Assembly: GCA_963707795.1 (NCBI GenBank)
Contig: OY970174.1
Location: 2,277,833-2,341,832 of the forward strand
Direction: 5' to 3'
Origin: an uncultured Acidobacteriota bacterium
Lineage (GTDB): Bacteria; Acidobacteriota; Vicinamibacteria; Vicinamibacterales; UBA2999
Length of the DNA stretch: 64,000 bases
Part shown: positions 19,627 through 29,066 of the stretch, one piece after another
How the letters are laid out: the number at the start of each line of letters is the position of its first letter
Numbering within the stretch: position 1 is the first letter of the stretch
Program-made: the position numbers and the translations under genes
Notes under the pieces: model-generated
Database searches by the model: none
What the model saw: the letters and a program-made list of their open reading frames with translations, nothing else
Told to the model about the DNA's origin: nothing

Positions 19627-20301
19627 GTGGAGCGGGTGACCAGACATTTCCAGGCAGAGCTCCAGCTGGTGCAGGAGCGGCTGCTGTCGATGGGCGGCCT
19701 CGGCGAAGAGCGGGTGCGCGAGGCGGTCCGCAGCCTGACCGACCGCGACGCCGCGCGGGTCGAGCGCGTGCTCACCGGCGACGAGCCGATCAACGAGCTG
19801 CACATCGAGATCGACGACCGCTGCTTCAAGCTGCTGGCGCTGCACCAGCCGATGGCCGCCGACCTGCGTGCCATCGTCGCCGGCGTCAAGATCAACACCG
19901 ACCTCGAGCGGGTCGGCGACCTCGCCGTGAACATCGCCGAGGCGACCAAGCGCTACCTGCAGCACCCGCCGGTCAAGCCGCTGATCGACATCCCGCGCAT
20001 GGCCGAGATCGCCCAGTCGATGCTGCGCGATGCCCTCGACGCCTTCGTCCGCCGCGACACCCGGATGGCCGAGGCCGTGATCGCGCAGGACGACGCCCTC
20101 GACGCGCTGAAGACCCAGATCTTCCGCGAACTGCTGACCTACATGCTCGCCGAGCCGGAGACCATCGAGCCGGCGCTCGATCTGATCCTCATTTCCCGGC
20201 ACCTGGAGCGCATCGGCGATCACGCGACCAACGTCGCCGAGGACGTGATCTTCATGGTCTCGGCGCGCGACGTCCGCCACCACGTCGCCGACCACCCCTA
20301 G
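19627..20301 (+). CDS. phoU: phosphate signalling complex protein PhoU
   Basis: Two PhoU repeats (DLERVGDLAVNIAE and HLERIGDHATNVAE). The GTG at 19627 is preceded by GGAGGA at 5-nt spacing. The ORF track starts at 19585. Confidence 0.9.
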   Translation: MERVTRHFQAELQLVQERLLSMGGLGEERVREAVRSLTDRDAARVERVLTGDEPINELHIEIDDRCFKLLALHQPMAADLRAIVAGVKINTDLERVGDLAVNIAEATKRYLQHPPVKPLIDIPRMAEIAQSMLRDALDAFVRRDTRMAEAVIAQDDALDALKTQIFRELLTYMLAEPETIEPALDLILISRHLERIGDHATNVAEDVIFMVSARDVRHHVADHP

Positions 20302-20362
20302 CAGCCCGTGGTCAAAGCTGTTTCTCTCAAGCGGATGTGCTCGACCGCGTATCTCGTCATGT

Positions 20363-20782
20363 TTACAACACTCGAGGGTCGGTAGGGGCCACATCAATGA
20401 CGGGGGGCCAAGTCTCGAGATCGATCAAGGCGACGCGTGCGAGCAATCGCCGAATGATCCGGCGGCGCGTTCGGCAACACCAACCCGAGAACTCGCGCAG
20501 GGCAAACGTATCGGCGGCCCGCCACGCGATCGCGCGCTCCGCGTCCAGACCCTTGGAAATAGCCAACCAGCAGCAGCCGGAAATGGCGCCCGGGCGGCCG
20601 TCACGGCCGACCATCGTCCGCGTAGAATCGCTGGCACCCTCGACGTACCTATCGAAGTAGTCCTCTTCGAGGATCTGATTCAGCCGGGTGTGGAAGGGAT
20701 GTGCGGCACTTCGCGGCAGGCCTTGGCTCGTGACCCACATCGATGCCTGCTTCGCCTGCCGCCGTCGTTTGCCCATCGCCAT
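20363..20782 (-). mobile_element. IS5/IS1182-like transposase N-terminal fragment (remnant, no DDE domain)
   Basis: MAMGKRRRQAKQASMWVTSQGLPRSAAHPFHTRLNQILEE...ISKGLDAERAIAWRAADTFALREF matches the InsH-type N-terminal transposase domain. The ORF then ends. Local GC is visibly lower. Confidence 0.65.
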
Positions 20783-20927
20783 CGGCGGCTGTGTAGTACG
20801 CGGGATCGATTGTGTCGTTCCCTTATTCAGGTAGAGAGTCAGTTCGAAAACGGTCGGCGCTGACGCAAGGTGGCACGGTCGTACGATGATGGGCCATGCT
20901 TTCCCGAGCGAGTAAAAGGAGGTTTCG

Positions 20928-21350
20928 ATGACGACCATCGCGATGAAGCCGCGGATGACGTCCTTCGCGCCGCAGTTTCTCGTCGACGACCTTGAACGCT
21001 CGATCGCGTACTACAACAGGCTCGGTTTTACGTTCCGCGAACCATGGGACGGTTTTTACGCTATCGGCGAGTTGAACGGACTGGAACTTCACCTGAAGGA
21101 AGCGCCCAAACACCAAGCGGAGCGCCGCTGGCGGCGCGATAATGAACATCTTGACGCCTCGGCCGGCGTCGACGGCATCGAAGCGTTTTTCGAACGCTGC
21201 GTCGCTAACGGCGTAACGATCATGAAACCGCTTGCAGTCACGGCATGGGGGACCAAGGATTTCTATCTCGAGGACCCCGACGGCTACATCATCTCCTTTG
21301 GCGGCAGCCCGGCAGCGGGGCCGTTGGAACCACGCGACGACTCACACTGA
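20928..21350 (+). CDS. VOC (glyoxalase/bleomycin-resistance) family protein
   Basis: 140 aa. AAAGGAGG RBS. PQFLVDDLERSIAYY...GLELHL...FYLEDPDGYIISF. Lower GC than the flanks. Confidence 0.75.
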   Translation: MTTIAMKPRMTSFAPQFLVDDLERSIAYYNRLGFTFREPWDGFYAIGELNGLELHLKEAPKHQAERRWRRDNEHLDASAGVDGIEAFFERCVANGVTIMKPLAVTAWGTKDFYLEDPDGYIISFGGSPAAGPLEPRDDSH

Positions 21351-21453
21351 CCCACTACCGTATTTCACCGTTTCACCACGGGCTGGTAGCCGCCGCCGGC
21401 CGCCGGTGATTCCCGCGGCCCGGCCCGCGCACGCTTGGACTACAATCACAGGG

Positions 21454-21628
21454 ATGGATCGGCGGCGGTTGTGCGTCCTGTGCCGCACGCGCCCGGTCGA
21501 GCCGCGGTGGCGGCCGTTCTGCAGCCAGCGCTGCCAGACGCAGGACCAGGCGCGGTGGGCGGATGGCACCTACCGGGTCGACAGCCCATCGACGACACCC
21601 CCACCTTCCCAGGACGCCGACGACGACG

Positions 21629-21636
<8 letters not shown>
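21454..21636 (+). CDS. yacG: YacG-like zinc-ribbon protein (DNA gyrase inhibitor family)
   Basis: 60 aa within ORF 21232..21636. CVLCRTRPVEPRWRPFCSQRCQTQDQARWADGTYRV fits the YacG C-x2-C...FCS-x-RC...W pattern. Confidence 0.55.
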
Positions 21637-22911
<1,275 letters not shown>

Positions 22912-22915
<4 letters not shown>

Positions 22916-23832
22916 CGGCGGGGCGGCGCGGGCCGGGCCGGGCCTTCCTGCTGTCGGCCGCCCTCGCCGCCGCCTGGTCGTGCGCGGCGGCGACCCAGTC
23001 GAAGGCGCCGGCCAGCGCGTTCGACAGCCAGCGGGCATTCGCCCATCTGCGCACCCTGGTGGAGATGGGGCCACGCGTCTCGGGCACGCCGGCCAACGCG
23101 CGCACGCGCCAGTACATCATCACCACGCTCGCCGCCGCCGGCATCACCGCCGTCGAGCAGCCGTTCACGGCACAGACCCCGCTCGGACCGGTGGCGATGG
23201 CCAACGTCATCGCCACGCTGCCGGGTACGCGGCCCGAGCGCATCATCGTGGCCAGCCACTTCGACACCAAGCTGTTTCGCGAGTTCACGTTCGTCGGCGC
23301 CAGCGATGGCGGCTCGAGCACCGGGGCGCTGCTCGAGCTGGGGCGGGTCCTGGCCGCGCAGCCCCGTGCGTTCACCGTCGAGCTGTTGTTCTTCGACGGG
23401 GAAGAAGCGGTCGTGGAATGGAGCGCCACCGATTCGACCTACGGCAGCCGGCACTACGTGCAGGCCGCACAGGCCGCCGACACCCTGCGCACGATCAAGG
23501 CGCTCGTGCTGCTCGACATGATCGGCGACCGGCACCTGAACATCCGCCGCGAGTCGCAGTCGACGCCATGGTTGAGCGACATCATCTGGGCCGCCGCGGC
23601 GCGGCTCGGCCACCAGCGTCATTTCCTGCCCGAACGGACCCCGGTCGAGGACGACCACCTGCCGTTCCTGCGCGCCGGCGTGCCGGCCGTGGACATCATC
23701 GACCTCGATTACCCGGCGTGGCACACCGCGGCCGACACCCTCGACAACGTCAGCGCCGAGAGCCTGCAGGTGGTGGGCGACGTCGTGCTCGCCGCCCTCC
23801 CCGACATCGAACGGCACCTCGGCCAGCCGTGA
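22912..23832 (+). CDS. M28 family peptidase (glutaminyl-cyclase-like)
   Basis: GTGA overlap with the gltA stop. Signal-like LLSAALAAAWSCAAA. Metal ligand motifs ASHFDT, DGGSSTG, FFDGEE, HTAADT. Confidence 0.75.
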
Positions 23833-23850
23833 GCGGCGGGGCGCCCGGCG

Positions 23851-25063
23851 TCACTGGTAGACGACGGCCAGGATCTCTTCCTCGGTGAGCACGGTGGCCG
23901 ACGCCTTGGCGCGCCGGAACACGCGTTCGACCAGGGCATCGGTGGCGACGATGCCGCGGGTCTCGAGCCAGTAAATCACGTTCGACTTGCCGGACATCGG
24001 CCCGATGTCGATCACCTGCTCGCGGCCGATGAGGCTGGCGGGAATGGCCGAATAGACGGCGTCCATCAGCGCCCGATCGCCCTTCCGCCATGCCTTGACC
24101 ACCGCCGCCGCGTGCACGCCGGTGGCGGTGCGGAACGCGTCGCGCCCGATGACCGGGTAGTTGTCGGGGATGGTGACCGCACACGCCTCGGCCACCGTCC
24201 GGCAGTAGTCGTTGAGGGCGTGCAGGTCGCGGCTCAGGTATCCCATCAGCACGAGGTTGACCAGCAGCAGGTCCATCGGCGTGTTGCCGACCCGCTCGCC
24301 GATGCCGAGCGCGGCGCCGTGCAGGCGGGTGGCGCCGGCGTCGAGCGCGGCAATGCTGTTCATCACCGCGAGGTCGCGGTCGCGATGCCCGTGCCAGTCG
24401 AGCCCGACCTCGGCGCCGGTCTCGCGGATGACGCCGGCGACGAAGCGGACGACGGCCGCGGCGCCCGCCGGGGTGGCATGGCCGACGGTGTCGGCGATGC
24501 AGATGCGCTTGGCGCCGGCGCGGATGGCGCAGCGGTAGATCGCCCGCAGCGTATCGGGATCGGCGCGGGTGGTGTCCTCGGTGACGTACATCACGTCGAG
24601 CCCGTGGCCGACGGCGAAGGTGATCGCCTCCTCGGTGCAGCGCAACAGCCAGTCGAGCGTCCAGCCCTCGGTGTACTGGCGGATGGGCGACGAGCCGATG
24701 AAGGTGCAGCACTCGATCGGCACCCCGGTGCGCTGCACGACGTCGGCGATGGGCTGGATGTCGCTGACGTGCGTGCGGGCGGCGCAGTTGGCGCGCACGC
24801 GCAGCCGCGCGCTGCCGATTTCGCGCGCCAGCCGCTCGACGTCGCGCACCACGTGCGGACCGGCCCCCGGCAGTCCGATGTCGGCGGTGTCGATGGCCGA
24901 GCGCGTCGATGAGATGCAGGATGCGGATCTTGTCGTCGATCGACGGCGCCCGGACGGACGGCGACTGCAGCCCGTCGCGCAGCGTCTCGTCGTCGAGCAT
25001 GACGAGAGGCGGCGGCGGCCCGGCGGCGACCTTGTTCCAGTCGTAGATCAGGTGCGGGTTCAT
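23851..25063 (-). pseudogene. HMGL-like (2-isopropylmalate/homocitrate synthase family) protein, one frameshift
   Basis: The N-terminus MNPHLIYDWNKV...DDETLRDGLQSPS...ILHLIDALG (frame of ORF 23750..25063) continues as IDTADIGLPGAGPHVVRDVERLA... (ORF 23851..24852). One extra base in GGCC at about 24895-24898 separates them. Confidence 0.75.
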
Positions 25064-25350
25064 GCCCTCGGCCGGCGCCCGCCGGCCGGCGCCCGCGTTG
25101 AGACGGCGAGCAGCGCGCCGCCCGCGGCCAGCACCAGCGCGGCCCAGCCGGACGCGGCCGCCGCCGCACGGCGGACCTGGGGACGAAACGCCGTCTCGAT
25201 GGAGGCGACCGCCATTCCCTGCTGCGCGCGCGCGACCTGCTCGCGGGTGAACGCCGTCGCGGCGTCGGCGACGGCGCGATCGAACGCGACGTTCCAGGTC
25301 ACGAACGCGAACGCCAGCCAGAGGACCAGGGCCGCGTGGCGGAGCCTCAT
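25060..25350 (-). CDS. small membrane protein (two predicted TM helices)
   Basis: MRLRHAALVLWLAFAFVTWNVAF...GWAALVLAAGGALLAV. ATGA-type overlaps with both neighbours. Confidence 0.45.
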   Translation of the reverse strand: MRLRHAALVLWLAFAFVTWNVAFDRAVADAATAFTREQVARAQQGMAVASIETAFRPQVRRAAAAASGWAALVLAAGGALLAVSTRAPAGGRRPRA

Positions 25351-26960
25351 CCGGTGAACTTCACGACCATCGCCGTCACGTCGTCGTGCTGCGCCGCGCC
25401 GCGCGCGAAGGTCTGCACCGCCTCGACGATGGCGTCGAGGATGGCCGCGGCCTCGTCGCCGTGCCGCTCCTTGAGGATGGTCACCAGGCGCTCCTCGCCG
25501 AACTCCTGTCCCTCGACGTCCAGCGCCTCGGTGACCCCGTCGGTGTAGACGATGAGCACGTCGCCGGGCTGGAGCTGTTCGGTCTCGTCGGCGTACGGCG
25601 CATGACCGAAGAACCCCACCGGCATGCTGCCGGACTCGAGGCGGCGCAGGCCGGTGGGCCCGAACAGCAGCGGCGGATTGTGTCCCGCGTTGCAGTAGGT
25701 GAGCACGCCGGTCGGGCTGAGCGTGCCGTGGAACACGGTGGCGTACTTCGCCTCCACGGCCCGCCGGGTCAGGCCCTTGTTGACGGTGCGAATCGTCTGC
25801 GCCGGCGTCGCCTCGTCGAATTGGGCGCTGAACAATCCCTGGATCTTGGCGGTCAGCAGCGCCGCCGCCGGGCCCTTGCCCGAAACGTCGCCGACCGCGA
25901 AGCCGAAGCTGCCGTCGGGCCGGTCGGTGAAGTCGTAGAAGTCCCCGCCGATCGCCCGCGACGGCAGCGACGTGCTCATCGCCTGATAGAAGGCGCCGGC
26001 ATGGCGTCCGGGCGGCAGCAGGGCGCGCTGGATCTCCGCCGCGATGCGCAGCTCGTGCTCGATGCGCGCCTGTTCCAGCGTCTGGCGGTAGAGCCGTGCG
26101 TTCTCGATGGCGACGCCGGCTTCGCTGGCGAGCATGTCGAGCGACGAGCGGGTGTTGGCCGACAGCAGCGACCCCTTTTCGCGGCTGTCGAGATAGAGCA
26201 CGCCGGTGGTCTTGGTCTCGCTCGGCAGGTCGGCGCGGTCGAGGTAGCGCACCAGGCGCAGCGGCACGCACAGGACGTGGCGGATGCCGAGCGCGACCGT
26301 GCCCATGTGCACGTTGGCGAGGTCGCCGTCGAGCAGGTCGGCCACGATCTTGGGCTCGCCGGTGGCGTAGACCTCCTCCGGAATCTTCCGGCTGGTGTCG
26401 AAGCGATTGCCCGGCAGCGTGATCTTGCCGCGCGCGCGCGCCAGCTTCATCTCGAGGCTGGTGCCCTCGATGGCCAGCATGATGAAGCCGCGCTCGGCCC
26501 CGGTGACCTCGATGGCCGAATCGAGCACCAGCGCCAGCACCTCGTCGAGCACGCGGCCGGAGCCGAGCGCGCGCAGCCCTTCGAGCAGGGTCGCCAGCTG
26601 CCGGATGTCGCCGACCGCGGTCTGGTGATGGCGCTCGGACGAGAGCGGCGCCACCGAGGAATCCTCGGTGAGGAAGACCACGTCGGTGCCGGAGGCGCGG
26701 CCGAACTGCAGGCGATCGCCGTGGCGCAGCGGCTTTTCCGCGACCTGCTCGCCGTTGACGAAGGTCCCGTAGCGCGATCCTTTGTCGCGGATGACGTAGA
26801 CGCCGTCGTTGAGCGCGATCTCGGCATGGTCGCGCGAGACGTCGCTGCCCGACAGGCGAAGGTCGTTCTCGCCGCGACGGCCGATGGCCAGCAGCGGCTT
26901 GTCGATCGGGATGACACGGCTGCCGAGGCCGTCGTTGACTTCGAGGCGTGCTCCTAGCAT
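25347..26960 (-). CDS. FHA-GAF-PP2C (SpoIIE-type) serine/threonine phosphatase
   Basis: 537 aa. N-terminal FHA (IGRRGENDLRL...VSRDHAEI...GSRYGTFVNG), central GAF, C-terminal PP2C (GGDFYDF...GDVSGKG...YTDGVTEA). Confidence 0.85.
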   Translation of the reverse strand: MLGARLEVNDGLGSRVIPIDKPLLAIGRRGENDLRLSGSDVSRDHAEIALNDGVYVIRDKGSRYGTFVNGEQVAEKPLRHGDRLQFGRASGTDVVFLTEDSSVAPLSSERHHQTAVGDIRQLATLLEGLRALGSGRVLDEVLALVLDSAIEVTGAERGFIMLAIEGTSLEMKLARARGKITLPGNRFDTSRKIPEEVYATGEPKIVADLLDGDLANVHMGTVALGIRHVLCVPLRLVRYLDRADLPSETKTTGVLYLDSREKGSLLSANTRSSLDMLASEAGVAIENARLYRQTLEQARIEHELRIAAEIQRALLPPGRHAGAFYQAMSTSLPSRAIGGDFYDFTDRPDGSFGFAVGDVSGKGPAAALLTAKIQGLFSAQFDEATPAQTIRTVNKGLTRRAVEAKYATVFHGTLSPTGVLTYCNAGHNPPLLFGPTGLRRLESGSMPVGFFGHAPYADETEQLQPGDVLIVYTDGVTEALDVEGQEFGEERLVTILKERHGDEAAAILDAIVEAVQTFARGAAQHDDVTAMVVKFTG

Positions 26961-27012
26961 CGCTACAGCGGGGGGCCGCCCCTGACGGGCGCCTTAGGCA
27001 TCATAACGCACC

Positions 27013-27297
27013 TCATCGGCGCTTCCGCCGCGGCGTCGGACGCAGCCGCCACACCGTCAGCGCCGTGATCACGGCGACGACGCCCCACCCGGCCATCCGC
27101 GCCTCGCCCGGGGGCAGTTCCGGCAGGGCGAGCACCGCGGCCACGATGATGATGAGCACGGCGATGACGACCGGGATCGGCCCGCGCGCCGGCGGCGGCG
27201 GCGGAGGCGGAATCCGCGGTGCGGTCGTCGCCGTCCCGCAGCGAAAGCAAATCAGGGCCTTGTCGGCGATCTCGGTTCCGCAGTTTCGGCAGGTCAT
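27013..27297 (-). CDS. zinc-ribbon membrane protein
   Basis: 94 aa. CRNCGTEIADKALICFRCG, a proline run, then two TM helices. Confidence 0.6.
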   Translation of the reverse strand: MTCRNCGTEIADKALICFRCGTATTAPRIPPPPPPPARGPIPVVIAVLIIIVAAVLALPELPPGEARMAGWGVVAVITALTVWRLRPTPRRKRR

Positions 27298-27420
27298 CAG
27301 CGGGGATCAGGAGCCTGGGTCGGAGGTTCGGCGTCGTGCGTCGGGGTCGAGGTCAGGCGCGGGTCGTGAAGCAGCATACTAAAATCGTGCACGCGCAGTG
27401 CATACCCTGGGGCGGCCACG

Positions 27421-28053
27421 CTGATACCCATCCAGGACGTCATCCCGACGCGGGCGCGGCCTCTCGCCACGCTGGGACTGCTGGCCGCCAATGCCGCCGG
27501 GTTCGCGTGGCAGGCGTGGACGGGTGACGCCGTCGCGTCCAGTCCCATGCCCGCGCTCGGCGCTGCCTTCTCCCATCCCGGCGCGGCGTCATTCGCCGTC
27601 ACGCTGCTGTTTCTCTGGCTGTTCGGCGACAACGTCGAGGATCAGACCGGACGCGGGCGCTTCGTCCTGCTCTACGTGTTGTGCGGACTGTCGGCGGCGC
27701 TGGCGCTCGACGCCATCGCACCCGGTCCGGCCCGGACCGGCATCGGCGCCGCTGGAGCCGTCAGCGGGATCCTGGGAGCCTACTTCGTGCTGTATCCGCG
27801 CGCGCGCGTGCTCGTGCTCGTCCCGGTTCCACTGTCGCTGCACGAGCTGCCGGCGGCATTTTTTCTCGGCGCCTGGTTCGTCATCGCGGTGCTGACGCTG
27901 GCGGCGCAAACTCGCGCCGGGGCGCCCGGCGCGGAGGTGGCGCTCGGCTTGACCGCCCACGCGATCGCCTTCGCCGCCGGCGCCCTGCTCTGTCTCCTGC
28001 TGCGCCGCCGCGAGCGCGCCGGCGTCGAGTGGTGGGATCGAAACGGCCGCTGA
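27421..28053 (+). CDS. rhomboid-family homologue with substituted catalytic residues; no canonical start codon
   Basis: The frame of ORF 27547..28053 is open back to 27370. (T)LIPIQDVIPTRARP resembles rhomboid N-termini. GAAGAVSG replaces GASGA, and SHPGAASFAVTLLFLW replaces the H-x4-H-x3-N motif. The TM6 AH is retained. Confidence 0.6.
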   Translation: MIPIQDVIPTRARPLATLGLLAANAAGFAWQAWTGDAVASSPMPALGAAFSHPGAASFAVTLLFLWLFGDNVEDQTGRGRFVLLYVLCGLSAALALDAIAPGPARTGIGAAGAVSGILGAYFVLYPRARVLVLVPVPLSLHELPAAFFLGAWFVIAVLTLAAQTRAGAPGAEVALGLTAHAIAFAAGALLCLLLRRRERAGVEWWDRNGR

Positions 28054-28056
28054 GCG

Positions 28057-29012
28057 CTACGACTTCGCGCGAATCTCGCGCGAGACCTTGGCCAGCTCGA
28101 TCATCAGCCGCTCGTACTCCGCGGTCCACGCCGGGCCTGGCATGACCGACTTCTTGAGCTTCAGGGCTTCCGCATCCGCCTCGAGCTCGCGGCGACGGCG
28201 AATCAGCGCCGCCAGCTCGGGGTCGTTGGCCGCCGCCGGCGTTTCGGCGTCGAGATAGAGCAGCCGCGCCAGCGCGCCATCCGGGCCCGGCGCCTCCGAC
28301 TCGCGCCCGACGCCGTCGCCGTTGTCGTCGAACACGGCACGCTCGGTGGTCAGCTGCCCGCGCTGCTCGTAGTGCTGCTTCACGGCGGCGCTGGCCGCGG
28401 CGAAGACCTCGAAGATGGAGGTCCGTCCGTTCTTGTCGAGATCGCTCGACGCTTCGCTCAGCGCCTTGGCGAAGTAGTCGGGGAACACGGTGGCGTATTT
28501 CTGCGCCGCCGAATCGGTGGCGGTGATCACGATGCGGTTCTCACCGGCGAGCCGCTCGAGAAACGGGAAGCTCGCCTCGGTCGTGTTGACGATGGCGAGA
28601 CGCCCGGGCAACCCCTGCAGCAGCGTCGCCCAGTCGGCGGCGGTCAGGTCCGGGCCGACCAGGTTGAACTTGGCAGTGTCGCCGTCGTAGCTGCCATGCC
28701 CGAGCAGGATCACCAGCAGCAGGTCGTCGCGGGTCATCTGCTTGCGCAGCTCGGCGACCGCGCCGCGGACGTTGGCGGCGGTGCCCTGCGGGCCGCTGGC
28801 GACCGTTTCGTCGACGAACACGCGCACCTTGTCGGCGGCGAAGCCGTAGCGGTCGACGAGCGCGGCGGCAATCGGTACTGCGCCACTCCGCGCATCTGCT
28901 CCGCGTACTTCGGGCCGCCGGACGCACCGGACAGGACGAGCGCCCAGCGCTGCTCCGCGTGCGCCTGGGTCACGCCGATGGCCGACAGAGCGAGGATGAG
29001 GACGACCCGCAT
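28057..29012 (-). pseudogene. secreted legumain/caspase-like (peptidase C13-like) domain protein, one frameshift
   Basis: The N-terminus MRVVLILALSAIGVTQAHAEQRWALVLSGASGGPKYAEQ (ORF 28734..29057) joins IAAALVDRYGFAADKVRVFVDE...LLLVILLGHGSYDG (ORF 28057..28827) after a one-base shift at about 28872-28889. Family assignment is tentative. Confidence 0.5.
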
Positions 29013-29066
29013 GCGTAGCACCTTACCTTGTTTCCCCGGCCGCCCCGGCGCCGCCAACCGCGCCGC

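Noticed and set aside
20363-20938. Full 191-aa ORF as the transposase gene
   Set aside because: Only the part from the ATG at 20782 resembles a transposase N-terminal domain. The upstream 52 codons overlap the VOC gene start and its RBS region and look non-coding.
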